Shown here: in pieces, positions 19,225 through 28,157 of the stretch | Layout: every line of letters begins with the position of its first letter | How positions within the stretch are numbered: position 1 is the stretch's first letter | Origin: Candidatus Obscuribacterales bacterium | GTDB taxonomy: Bacteria > Cyanobacteriota > Vampirovibrionia > Obscuribacterales > Obscuribacteraceae | Assembly (NCBI GenBank): GCA_965228855.1 | Contig: CBDDIJ010000003.1 | Span: 2,336,001 to 2,400,000, forward strand | Direction of reading: 5' to 3' | DNA: 64,000 nucleotides | Program-made: the position numbers and the translations under genes | Notes under the pieces: generated by a model | The model's database searches: none | The model's input: only the letters and a program-made list of their open reading frames with translations | Told to the model about the DNA's origin: nothing

Positions 19225-19872
19225 ATGAATCAACAATTGATTTTAGGAAATGAGCAATCAGTTTCAGTGACACCATGCGTAGTACTATGCAAATTGCAAA
19301 CGGATTTGGCTTCAATAGCAAAATCAAAAGAACTACCTTTTAAGGAGCTCTACGAACTGACTCCTGAGCTGTTTGTTGAGATAGAAATTCAAAAAAATCA
19401 AGCAAACAATTTCGAAGCTCGAATTCGCTCCGCTAACGGCACGGTCCAGGCAGAGGATCCAAACTTTAAAAAGCTACTGGAAGTCGTGCATGCAAAGACG
19501 ACGAGAGCACTCTCCTTTTGCCTGAGCCGACTGGAAGCAGCACCTTGCAATATGATGCCGCATTTTGCGGTTGATGAAATTCTGGCACTGTTTAACTGCA
19601 TCAGTTCATTCAAGAACGACACGACGATGCCGCATTCGTTTTTACAAAAGGGCCCGCGTGGTTCCTACGAGCTGTTCTCGATAAGGGAAACGAACGGGAG
19701 ATGCGAGGTGACCTTCGAAACCAATTACATTCATGGCAATACCATGAAATGGCGTGCTGAGGTCGAATCGTTGAACCAGGCTCTGGATAGAGCGGACAAA
19801 GTGCTGTCCGACAATCTCGCAGAGTGGCTCAAGCAGGGCGTTTCAGCAAAGTTTACGGCCTCAAAAAAGTAG
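19225..19872 (+). CDS. Hypothetical protein
   Basis: ORF 19147..19872; ATG 19225 follows a GAAGG SD-like site. No recognisable family. Confidence 0.6.
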   Translation: MNQQLILGNEQSVSVTPCVVLCKLQTDLASIAKSKELPFKELYELTPELFVEIEIQKNQANNFEARIRSANGTVQAEDPNFKKLLEVVHAKTTRALSFCLSRLEAAPCNMMPHFAVDEILALFNCISSFKNDTTMPHSFLQKGPRGSYELFSIRETNGRCEVTFETNYIHGNTMKWRAEVESLNQALDRADKVLSDNLAEWLKQGVSAKFTASKK

Positions 19873-20103
19873 TTGCCAGCCGAGAATAATCTATAACCCT
19901 GGTCTGCCAGAGCGAATACACAATCGCGAAGCGAGACAGGGAGGTTTCGTGCTACTATGAAACCAGAAAGTATGTGGAAGTGAGCTGTTCCAGCAAGGAC
20001 CTGAACGACGCCGCTATTTGCACTCGATCCAGTCTAACGGAAGATCAGAGGTGTTTATGGGCGCGTATTTACAACAGTTTCCGCATCAGCCCCGGCTGCA
20101 GCC

Positions 20104-20352
20104 ATGACTGAGCAGCACGACGCCGCAGCAGCCTCAAGACTTCTTCGGAGAATTCTTACTACTGACGCTCTGGAAACAAGATACAAGAGGCTTTTGCTGC
20201 TGCAGCAGGACAGTCCTGAGCCCTATTCTCGCGGCACGGTTGCCATCCTGAATCGCTTGATCAGGAATCTGAAAGCGCAGGGGAAATTCGCCGAGGCTGA
20301 TGAATTCAGCTTGCAGCGAATGAATGTCATTTACTTTCTAACAGGAAATTGA
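20104..20352 (+). CDS. Small hypothetical protein with a single TPR-like helix pair
   Basis: VAILNRLIRNLKAQGKFAEADEF resembles a TPR unit. Confidence 0.5.
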   Translation: MTEQHDAAAASRLLRRILTTDALETRYKRLLLLQQDSPEPYSRGTVAILNRLIRNLKAQGKFAEADEFSLQRMNVIYFLTGN

Positions 20353-20354
20353 AA

Positions 20355-20465
20355 ATGGAACCGATGTTGTTAATTTTACTGGCGGCCTTGATTGCCGGAT
20401 TGTTAGTTCTGTGTGCCTCAGTTGGCGTAGCAACTGCTATCTACTTTGGCACACAGGAGAGCTAA
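20355..20465 (+). CDS. Small single-pass membrane peptide, 36 aa (not in the ORF track)
   Basis: Translated by hand as MEPMLLILLAALIAGLLVLCASVGVATAIYFGTQES*. AGGA lies 8 nt upstream, and the ORF fills the gap between flanking genes. Confidence 0.55.
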   Translation: MEPMLLILLAALIAGLLVLCASVGVATAIYFGTQES

Positions 20466-20467
20466 CG

Positions 20468-21283
20468 TTGGTTGCCAATTTCAGCCTGTCCAGACTGCCT
20501 TCCAGCAGGCGAACAGTCGTCGATCTGCTGCGAATCGTCGGGAGTAATGCCGTCCCCGCATATATCGTTATAGATCTGGACATGAGCTGGGTCAATTCTC
20601 TTATCGACGGAATGCGCAACAGAGGCGAGCGATTGACGGTCACTTCCATTCTATTGAAAGCAATCGGTATGGCACAGCAGAACCATCCGTTAAGTCGAAC
20701 GGAATTAACTCCAGTCGGAAAAACGGTCACTTACCATGATATCGTAGGCGGTATCACCATAGAGCGCGATGTAGAAGGGCAGAAGACTGTTTTCTTCGGC
20801 GAGATTGAATCGCCGGATACAAAGTCAATCTATGAGATCGCCGACGAACTCCGCGAATACTCGAAAGTGGCAATTAAGAAATCCGCGGTCCTCAGACTGC
20901 AATCTATCTTTGCGGCGTTTCCGTATTTTCTCAGATTCTCAATTTTGAAACTTGGAATAGCGTTTCCTTTCTTGAGATTACAGTGCCAGAAAGCAACATT
21001 CGGGTTAACCTCATTGGGCAAATTCGGAATGAATACAGTTCTAAGTCCTTGTATCTGCACCTCGACCTTTGCCGTTGGGACCATCGAAGACCGGGTTACC
21101 GCGAAGGATAACATCCTTTCTATTCGTTCGATGATGACGGTTTCGTTCAGCTTCGACCATCGTGTAATAGATCCAAGCTCGGCAGCCCGATTCGTCAACG
21201 ATGTTCGCCAACTCATGGAAGGAGGGCTACAGCCCGTTCTTGTTGAAGACAACTCTTCGAGAGCAGAGGTCATTGCGTGCTGA
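20468..21283 (+). CDS. Stand-alone 2-oxoacid dehydrogenase E2-type (CAT-like) acyltransferase catalytic domain
   Basis: ATFGLTSLGKFG and MTVSFSFDHRVID..AARF motifs, with no lipoyl domain. TTG 20468 has GGAG 8 nt upstream. Confidence 0.8.
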   Translation: MVANFSLSRLPSSRRTVVDLLRIVGSNAVPAYIVIDLDMSWVNSLIDGMRNRGERLTVTSILLKAIGMAQQNHPLSRTELTPVGKTVTYHDIVGGITIERDVEGQKTVFFGEIESPDTKSIYEIADELREYSKVAIKKSAVLRLQSIFAAFPYFLRFSILKLGIAFPFLRLQCQKATFGLTSLGKFGMNTVLSPCICTSTFAVGTIEDRVTAKDNILSIRSMMTVSFSFDHRVIDPSSAARFVNDVRQLMEGGLQPVLVEDNSSRAEVIAC

Positions 21284-21597
21284 ATTGTTAACTTACGCGG
21301 AGCAATCCGGACAATTCACCACGAATGGTGTCATACTTACAGTTGAAATAAGTCGGGCAAAATGCTCATCCTTCGAGTCTCGACAGCGTCTAAGCTCGAA
21401 GATCAGTGCAATAAGCACTTTCAGAAAACAGAATTCAATTCGCTCCAACGTTCTTTGTCGCTTCTCGACCAACAAAACTGCAAGCGACGCACTCGAAGTT
21501 TCAGTGCATAAATTCGGTACATCTGTAATCTAAATCCAGCTTTTTCAAAAGTCGCTGCATGCAGCGGCTTGCGTACTTCATTAATCAAGGCAAAAAC

Positions 21598-21879
21598 ATG
21601 CAAAACAGTAAATTATTCGTCAGAAATCTTTCATTCCGCACCACAGATGGTGATTTGGCGCAACTATTCGCCCAGCACGGAGAGGTTATATCCTCCAGAA
21701 TCGCCACCGACCGTGACACTGGTCGTCCGAGAGGTTTCGCATTCATCGAGATGAAGACATCAGAATCGGCAGAAGAAGCGATTCGCGCTCTGGACAATAC
21801 CGAATTCGAAGGAAGAACATTGTCAGTCGCGATCTCTGAGCCAAGAGAGCGCAGACCGCTCAAGGCTTACGGTCACTAA
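21598..21879 (+). CDS. Single-RRM RNA-binding protein (cyanobacterial Rbp-like)
   Basis: RNP2 KLFVRNL and RNP1 RGFAFIEM, plus DRDTGRPR. Confidence 0.93.
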   Translation: MQNSKLFVRNLSFRTTDGDLAQLFAQHGEVISSRIATDRDTGRPRGFAFIEMKTSESAEEAIRALDNTEFEGRTLSVAISEPRERRPLKAYGH

Positions 21880-21901
21880 AAACTCGTATAAATTAATTCA
21901 G

Positions 21902-21933
21902 GCGCCGTCTTCCGAGTAATCAGAGGGCGGCGC
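21902..21933 (+). terminator. Hairpin after the RRM gene, possible intrinsic terminator
   Basis: GCGCCGTCTTC / GAGGGCGGCGC stem with G-U pairs; weak U-tract. Confidence 0.45.
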
Positions 21934-22031
21934 ACCTCTTAGAAACCTTTTAGGATACAGATCTCAAGAGCGTCACAAATCCAAGCCTTCTATCTGGTAA
22001 TCTAGCCGAGCACCTTGACTACCAGGATCCC

Positions 22032-23435
22032 ATGAAAAAACAAAACGCAACGCGAACCGCTGCCTTCCTTGCACTATATATGGTGTCATCAACCTTTTCG
22101 CCGGTTGTCGCGGCCGAGAGTTATGCACGTTCAAGCAAAGCATTGCGATCAAGCGGTTTCTCTATAGCTATTAACGAAACCCTTCCTGACAGTTCGGTTT
22201 CCGCACAAGAAACGTTTCCGGACGAGTCTCAAAAGCTGGTCAAAGAACAAGATGCAACATCGCTCCGCAGCGACGATAATCAGGCGACGGCTTGTGAGAC
22301 TGATGTTCTAGACACCGAACTTCAACAAGACGGAGAGCAAACTGCAACGGCAGAAAAGAAAGGTTTCTTCAGCTCCTGGTCGTTGCCGATTTCAGGGCCG
22401 CTGGTATTCAGCTTGAAACGGCAACAGGTCGCCCAAAAGAGCAAAGAGTTATCCGGTTCGATTACATTCGAAGATCCATACGAGTCAGCTTCGCAGCAAA
22501 TAGAAGGTCTTCTGGAATGCGCACTGGCTCGCGACTCCCGTTCAGAGTCATTAGAAAAGGCTGTCACTCATTACAGAAAGAAAACCCAAATCGTGATCGC
22601 CGAATCGAAAGACGCGATCAACCATGTTGTTCCATTCCGAGGATTCGGCCCCTCGGCTGAGGCCGGAAACATAATCACAGGCGAAAAGCTGGAAATCAAA
22701 AGCCGCGCAGCGGCTGAATATGCAAGACAAAAGCATGTAGACGAGCTGCACGTCAAAGTGGTTTCAAGCATGATGCAAATTTCGATGGGTCTGGGCATGA
22801 CCGATCACGAGCGCGGTCAGACAGTCACAGCATCTGGTGTCGAGGCATTGACGCAACTGGTAGGCCAGGAAGAAGCAGAAAAAGCCAAAGCGCAGATAGT
22901 GAGCATGGCGAGCAAGCTCTCCGCTGACAATGAGGTGTTTAAGAAACCCACGTGGGACGTGCAAGAGCGGCAAAAACTTCATCGCCAGATTATGGAACTG
23001 TCACTGGATGATGATCCGGTCGTACACCAGATCAAAAAGCACATCCATAAATACAACCAGAAGTCCAAGTTTGCGATGGTATCATCGTCGGTGGTGCAAA
23101 CTATGCTTGGCGCAGCGTCCATGACACCGACGTTTGTAGGTCCGGCTGCGAAAACCGCACTGGTCGCGTTTGTGATGGCGACCGGAGGTCCGGAGCAATG
23201 CAAACTGCTCAAGGAATTGTACCTGGATAAACGACTGGAGAGCCGTTGGAAAGTCCTCAACGAAGAGGCGCATATGGCGGTCGAGAACTATCAGCTCGCA
23301 GTGTTAACAAAGAATCCGACACTACTCTGTTATTCGGAATCAATCGTTGGTCAAATGGTTGGCGGACACCACGTCAACGAAGTGTTTGGAACTACCCTGC
23401 TGGCGAAGAAGACAGAGTCGCCGAAGACAATGTGA
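22032..23435 (+). CDS. Secreted hypothetical protein, mostly helical
   Basis: Sec signal peptide MKKQNATRTAAFLALYMVSSTFSPVVA-AE; 467-aa ORF. Confidence 0.7.
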   Translation: MKKQNATRTAAFLALYMVSSTFSPVVAAESYARSSKALRSSGFSIAINETLPDSSVSAQETFPDESQKLVKEQDATSLRSDDNQATACETDVLDTELQQDGEQTATAEKKGFFSSWSLPISGPLVFSLKRQQVAQKSKELSGSITFEDPYESASQQIEGLLECALARDSRSESLEKAVTHYRKKTQIVIAESKDAINHVVPFRGFGPSAEAGNIITGEKLEIKSRAAAEYARQKHVDELHVKVVSSMMQISMGLGMTDHERGQTVTASGVEALTQLVGQEEAEKAKAQIVSMASKLSADNEVFKKPTWDVQERQKLHRQIMELSLDDDPVVHQIKKHIHKYNQKSKFAMVSSSVVQTMLGAASMTPTFVGPAAKTALVAFVMATGGPEQCKLLKELYLDKRLESRWKVLNEEAHMAVENYQLAVLTKNPTLLCYSESIVGQMVGGHHVNEVFGTTLLAKKTESPKTM

Positions 23436-23455
23436 TCGTTTCACACCTGAGACTC

Positions 23456-24721
23456 TCAGGAAATCACGCCAAGCTTCTTGCCGACTTTCTGGAAGGCTCC
23501 TAACGCTCGGTCGATATCCTTCTTCTCAAGCGCGGCTGAAATTTGGCAACGCAGCCTGGCTTCACCCTGCGGAACAACCGGATACCAGAGACCGCGCACA
23601 TAGACACCTTCTTTGAGCAACTCACTGCTCATATCCATAGCCACGGATGCTTCGCCGACCATTACGGGCACGATTGGATGTATTCCCTCGAGAATCGTGA
23701 AACCAAGTTTTTGAATTTCGGTTCTGAAGTACTCAGTATTGCTTTGCAGTTTCTGAACCAACTCGTTGCTTTCCTCGAGCAACTTAAGCGCTTCAATAGA
23801 TGCGCACACAATGGGAGCCGGGACAGTGTTCGAGAATGTGTATGGTCTCGACTTCTGTCTCAAGAAATCAACTACTTCCTTCTTACCGGCGATGAAGCCA
23901 CCAGCCGCGCCACCAAGCGCCTTGCCCAGAGTTCCGGTCACAATGTCCATCTTGCCATGCAGTCCGCACTGCTCCGGCGTGCCACGCCCGGTTTTACCCA
24001 GGACGCCGGTGGAGTGAGAATCGTCAACCACTGACAGAGCACCGTACTCCTTGCAAATTGCGTGAAAACGGTTCAAATCACAGTATTCGCCTTCCATGCT
24101 GAAGACACCATCAGTGACACCAACGCTAAGGCGATAGTGTTTCGCTTGATTCTCCTTGATCGCGGTTTCGAATTCATCGAGGTTGTTGTGCTTGTATGCT
24201 TTCAAATCGCAAGTCTTCGTCGCCTGGCGCACTAACCTGATGCCGTCGATAATGCTCGCGTGATTGAGTTGATCGCTGTAAATGATGTCGCGATAGTCTG
24301 ACTGACCCAGGTCTGATGACATCAGTCCCGTGAACAGGGCTTCGTTGGCGGCAAAACAGGAAGAGTGCAAAATTGCCGCTTCCATGCCGAGAAACTCAGC
24401 GATTTTTTCTTCGAGCTCGAGGTGAATCTTCTGCGTGCCACAAATGAAGCGGACAGATGCCATCCCGTAACCATGCTCTTCTAAGCCACGCATTGCCGCA
24501 GCTTTAATTCGCGGATGATTAGCAAGACCGAGATAATTGTTTGAAGCAAGCATCACGCAGTCGCGACCGTCAGCGGTCACAACGCCGCCCTGCTCACCGT
24601 CAATCGGCACTTCGTATTTGTAGGTTTTTGTCTCTTTCGCCTTCTGCAATTCATTGCCGAGTGCACTGTAAAGGTCAGCCGGTTTCAACGATTTACTTTT
24701 GCTGTCGGTGGAAGCGCTCAT
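23456..24721 (-). CDS. kbl: Glycine C-acetyltransferase (2-amino-3-ketobutyrate CoA ligase)
   Basis: [54 protein letters not shown] (PLP lysine), RQKSRPY; directly downstream of tdh. Confidence 0.95.
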   Translation of the reverse strand: MSASTDSKSKSLKPADLYSALGNELQKAKETKTYKYEVPIDGEQGGVVTADGRDCVMLASNNYLGLANHPRIKAAAMRGLEEHGYGMASVRFICGTQKIHLELEEKIAEFLGMEAAILHSSCFAANEALFTGLMSSDLGQSDYRDIIYSDQLNHASIIDGIRLVRQATKTCDLKAYKHNNLDEFETAIKENQAKHYRLSVGVTDGVFSMEGEYCDLNRFHAICKEYGALSVVDDSHSTGVLGKTGRGTPEQCGLHGKMDIVTGTLGKALGGAAGGFIAGKKEVVDFLRQKSRPYTFSNTVPAPIVCASIEALKLLEESNELVQKLQSNTEYFRTEIQKLGFTILEGIHPIVPVMVGEASVAMDMSSELLKEGVYVRGLWYPVVPQGEARLRCQISAALEKKDIDRALGAFQKVGKKLGVIS

Positions 24722-24787
24722 TAGATTGGTCTCTCCTCAACTTGTAAAACTGAAGGTTCTATTGCAAAAAATGTTGTAAACCAGCAC

Positions 24788-25987
24788 TTACGGCTGGAAC
24801 ACTAGCTTCATTTCAGCGCCGTTGTTCAACTGCTCAAACGCAGATGCGTAATCGTCGAGCTTGTAGGTTTTAGACGCGAGTATTTGATCGAGCTTCGATT
24901 GCAGGTCCAGATGCGGTGCTTGAAGCAGGCGCAACATCGTTTCCCAGGTGTCAAACATTTTACGACCGAAGATTCCCTTGACCGTAACACCTTTCCATAT
25001 GACACCATTGGCGATATCAAAATCAGTCAATGGCTTTCGGGTAATTCCAAGAAGGAGTACAGTCCCGCCGTTTCTAACAATGCGGAAAGCATCGCGATAC
25101 GCCGTCGGAGAGCCGGACATTTCGAGAACGACATCGACACCATTTGCCATGCTCTCGTTTTTCTCTACTGCATCATAAAGAGCTTGTGAGCCGTTTAAAA
25201 CGTCAAAACATTGCTCTGCACCAAACTGCTCTCCAAGAGCGAACCTGCGCTCGGTATCAGCAGCTTCCGTAAGATAGATGCGAGCCGCTCCGAATTCGCG
25301 ACAGAGAAACGTCGCCATCAGACCCAGCGGACCAGCGCCGAGAATGGCCACGGATTTACCGCGCACATCCGCCTCGTAAACGGTGTGGACAGCATTACCG
25401 AAAGCATCAAGCATCGCCCCGATACGAGGCGGAACAATCGACTGGTCCCCATTTTTCCCAAGGAGAATGACATTCTTATACGGGACACAAACATATTGAG
25501 CGAAACATCCGTCAAGGTGCACGCCTTTCACCTTCACGCGGGTGCAGATGTGTTCATTTCCCGTCCGGCAAAGAGTACAGTGTCCGCAAGACAGGTGCAT
25601 CTCGGCGGTCACGTAGTCGCCAGGCTGGACAAGTAAACTGTCCGGCACGCCTGGGAAACGGTCGGCGCCCACGCCCTCACCGACAGCATCAATAACGCCA
25701 CAGAACTCGTGTCCGACAATTATTGGCTGGTAACCGCCCTCACCCAAGTAGCGCTGCATTTCGAGCCGAATCCCCTCGGATTTGGAACTCTGATAGATGC
25801 TTTTGTCGGTCCCGCAAACAGCCGTGGACAATACTTTGATTCTGACTTCGTCGGAACGAACTTCAGGAATCGCCATGTCTTCCTTCAGCGAAAGACCATC
25901 CTTATCTAGACTCTCCTTTACCAGGCATCTCATACCTTTCGTCTTAGACTCCTTTATTGATGATTCCTGGGCTGCTGTGTTTTGCAT
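24788..25987 (-). CDS. tdh: L-threonine 3-dehydrogenase (Zn-dependent MDR family)
   Basis: CGTD, GHEFCG, EMHLSCGHCTLCRTGNEHIC, DAFGNAVHT, GAGPLG, GRKMFDTW. ATG 25987 follows GGAGG; paired with kbl. Confidence 0.9.
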   Translation of the reverse strand: MQNTAAQESSIKESKTKGMRCLVKESLDKDGLSLKEDMAIPEVRSDEVRIKVLSTAVCGTDKSIYQSSKSEGIRLEMQRYLGEGGYQPIIVGHEFCGVIDAVGEGVGADRFPGVPDSLLVQPGDYVTAEMHLSCGHCTLCRTGNEHICTRVKVKGVHLDGCFAQYVCVPYKNVILLGKNGDQSIVPPRIGAMLDAFGNAVHTVYEADVRGKSVAILGAGPLGLMATFLCREFGAARIYLTEAADTERRFALGEQFGAEQCFDVLNGSQALYDAVEKNESMANGVDVVLEMSGSPTAYRDAFRIVRNGGTVLLLGITRKPLTDFDIANGVIWKGVTVKGIFGRKMFDTWETMLRLLQAPHLDLQSKLDQILASKTYKLDDYASAFEQLNNGAEMKLVFQP

Positions 25988-26367
25988 CCCGCCCTCCGAC
26001 TTCACATAGACTGCGCGGCGCTCGTCAGCGCTCACGACATCGCTAAAGTCTAACAAGAGTGTGGCTTCACAACGTGAGATTAGACCAAGCTAAAAGCGTC
26101 GATGTCTGTTTCTCGTCACGAAACGCAACGACCTAATTTACGATTGAAGTGAATAGTTTTTCCGAAAGCGAAAACGCTGTACGTACACGGCTTTTGGAGG
26201 AAACACCAGCGCCGCCTGGAGGCAAAACATATACGCAATATCGCCAGAGACTATGCAGGCTTAGCGTTTGTTTAGTTGCCAAGCTGAGTCCCCGATTTTA
26301 AATTGGTAGACGTCTCAACAATTTCTTTATTTTTTCGAACCGTCCTCCATCCTCAGCGAGAAACCAT

Positions 26368-26679
26368 ATGAACTTCGATCCTTCACTCCCCAATCCACAG
26401 AACCTCCAACCACGCAGCGGCGATCCAGGAATAATTTCGATGGCTGAGGCGCTAATTGTTCGAATGATTGTGATGGGAAGCGGTGGTCCTGAGAACGCCG
26501 AGATCACAGAACAAGGTCTGCGATTCGTACGCCATCTTATGGCAAACTCGCGAGCATGCCGCTCGGGTTTCATTCCAAATTTCAAGAACATCGACTGCGT
26601 TCGGGAAGTGGCAAAAGACTTCATACGCCAATGCGGCTCCGCATCGCGCGCACTCCAAACTATGTATCAAGTGATTTAG
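26368..26679 (+). CDS. Hypothetical protein
   Basis: 103-aa ORF ending convergently with a 4-nt overlap on the kinase gene; no motif recognised. Confidence 0.45.
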   Translation: MNFDPSLPNPQNLQPRSGDPGIISMAEALIVRMIVMGSGGPENAEITEQGLRFVRHLMANSRACRSGFIPNFKNIDCVREVAKDFIRQCGSASRALQTMYQVI

Positions 26680-28157
26680 ACCTGTAAACGCTCCAGATCT
26701 TCGCGAACTTCATCCGCTGAGTAGTATCGGTGCTCGGTATCAAATTCAGTGGCACGCGCAACGATGGCGTTCATCTCCGGACTGATTTCCGGCATCACAC
26801 TTCGTGGGTTGGATTGCTGCATGGGCTCAGGATCTCTTGCAGTCAGCATGTAGTACATCGTGCAACCGAGCGCGTAAATGTCGCTCAACGGCGATGGATT
26901 TCCGCGGAATTGCTCCGGTGGAGTGTAGGCTTGCTTGCCCACGACCGTAGATGTTCTCGACGATTGAAACTGCAAAGCAACTGTAAAATCAATCAGAAAA
27001 ATTCGTCCATCACCGTCAACTAGAAGATTGTCCGGTGTCAGATCCCGGTGGACGATCGATGGTCTAAAGCTATGAAGATAGGCGAGTATGCTGCAGATGG
27101 TGAGCGAAACTTCGCGAACCAGCGCCTCGTTCAACGGTCCGTTCTTCTCAACCAATGCTTTGAGAGATTCACCATTCACCCAGTCTAAAACCAGATAGGC
27201 TCGATGGTCTTCAACAAAACAATCGAGCATATTAACAATCGACGGATGATTGATGTGACCGAGGATTTGCGACTCATTGTTTAAGGTCTCATACTGCTTA
27301 TCTGCGAGCGCAGAGCCCCGATGTACTGGAAGAACATATTCTTTTAAAACGACGAAAACTTCGGCATCTTCATCGAAGTGAGATCCGTAGATATATTCAC
27401 GGTTCCTTGTTGTAGCAAGGTAGACTGTCCCCTGTCCACCGCCGCCAAGTCGCTTTAAAACCCTGTATTTGCCTTCGTTCAATTCAGTGCCGTTGGGCAA
27501 TGCGCCACGGCGCTGGCGGGTGTCGGGCGATGAGAAGTACTGCAACCACAAGTTTGTGTATCTTGAATCATCGGCACCAATGGCGATATCACGAGGTGCG
27601 AAGTTGACCATCGCGTTAGGCGCGTTCGTTTTCAATTCAATAAAAAAGGATTCGGGTTCTACCCAGGCGAATGCATTCTCCCATTTTATTCGGTACGTTT
27701 TAAGCGTTCGGGTAGCCATATAAACCGACGTTTTACCGTTAGGTTCGTCGACAATTTCCAGAGCTTCTACGTCCCACCAGGGCACCACAATCGGAGGATT
27801 GGCGCCACCAATTTTCTTGTGGCCCAAACTGATGCCTGTTCCGTCGATTTTGATTATTTTGATCTCGGTTTGCTCAGACATTCGACGCCAGGACATGATC
27901 AACCCGAGGAGGACCACGAGACCGCTGTAGATCATCAGCGGAATGCCGTAATTAAATGCACTTACGACTTCCTTGCCCAGCGGCGTCTTGTCGCCAATGA
28001 TTTGCATTCCGGCAAACAACGCACCGAAAGTCAGAATCAGGAAAACGACCATCTGCCACTGCTCACGGTGCGCATTCACATCGCTCATCCGAGTGGTGAT
28101 CCGCCGCCCTTGTGTTGTTATGAACTCGAGTTTGCGTGGCTCTGTCGTTTTCATCAC
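26676..28157 (-). CDS. Membrane-anchored Hanks-type Ser/Thr protein kinase (N-terminal TM hairpin, C-terminal kinase)
   Basis: GGGGQGTVY, VVLKE, HRDLTPDN, LIDFT, GKQAYTPPEQ, SDIYALG. Confidence 0.92.
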   Translation of the reverse strand: MMKTTEPRKLEFITTQGRRITTRMSDVNAHREQWQMVVFLILTFGALFAGMQIIGDKTPLGKEVVSAFNYGIPLMIYSGLVVLLGLIMSWRRMSEQTEIKIIKIDGTGISLGHKKIGGANPPIVVPWWDVEALEIVDEPNGKTSVYMATRTLKTYRIKWENAFAWVEPESFFIELKTNAPNAMVNFAPRDIAIGADDSRYTNLWLQYFSSPDTRQRRGALPNGTELNEGKYRVLKRLGGGGQGTVYLATTRNREYIYGSHFDEDAEVFVVLKEYVLPVHRGSALADKQYETLNNESQILGHINHPSIVNMLDCFVEDHRAYLVLDWVNGESLKALVEKNGPLNEALVREVSLTICSILAYLHSFRPSIVHRDLTPDNLLVDGDGRIFLIDFTVALQFQSSRTSTVVGKQAYTPPEQFRGNPSPLSDIYALGCTMYYMLTARDPEPMQQSNPRSVMPEISPEMNAIVARATEFDTEHRYYSADEVREDLERLQV

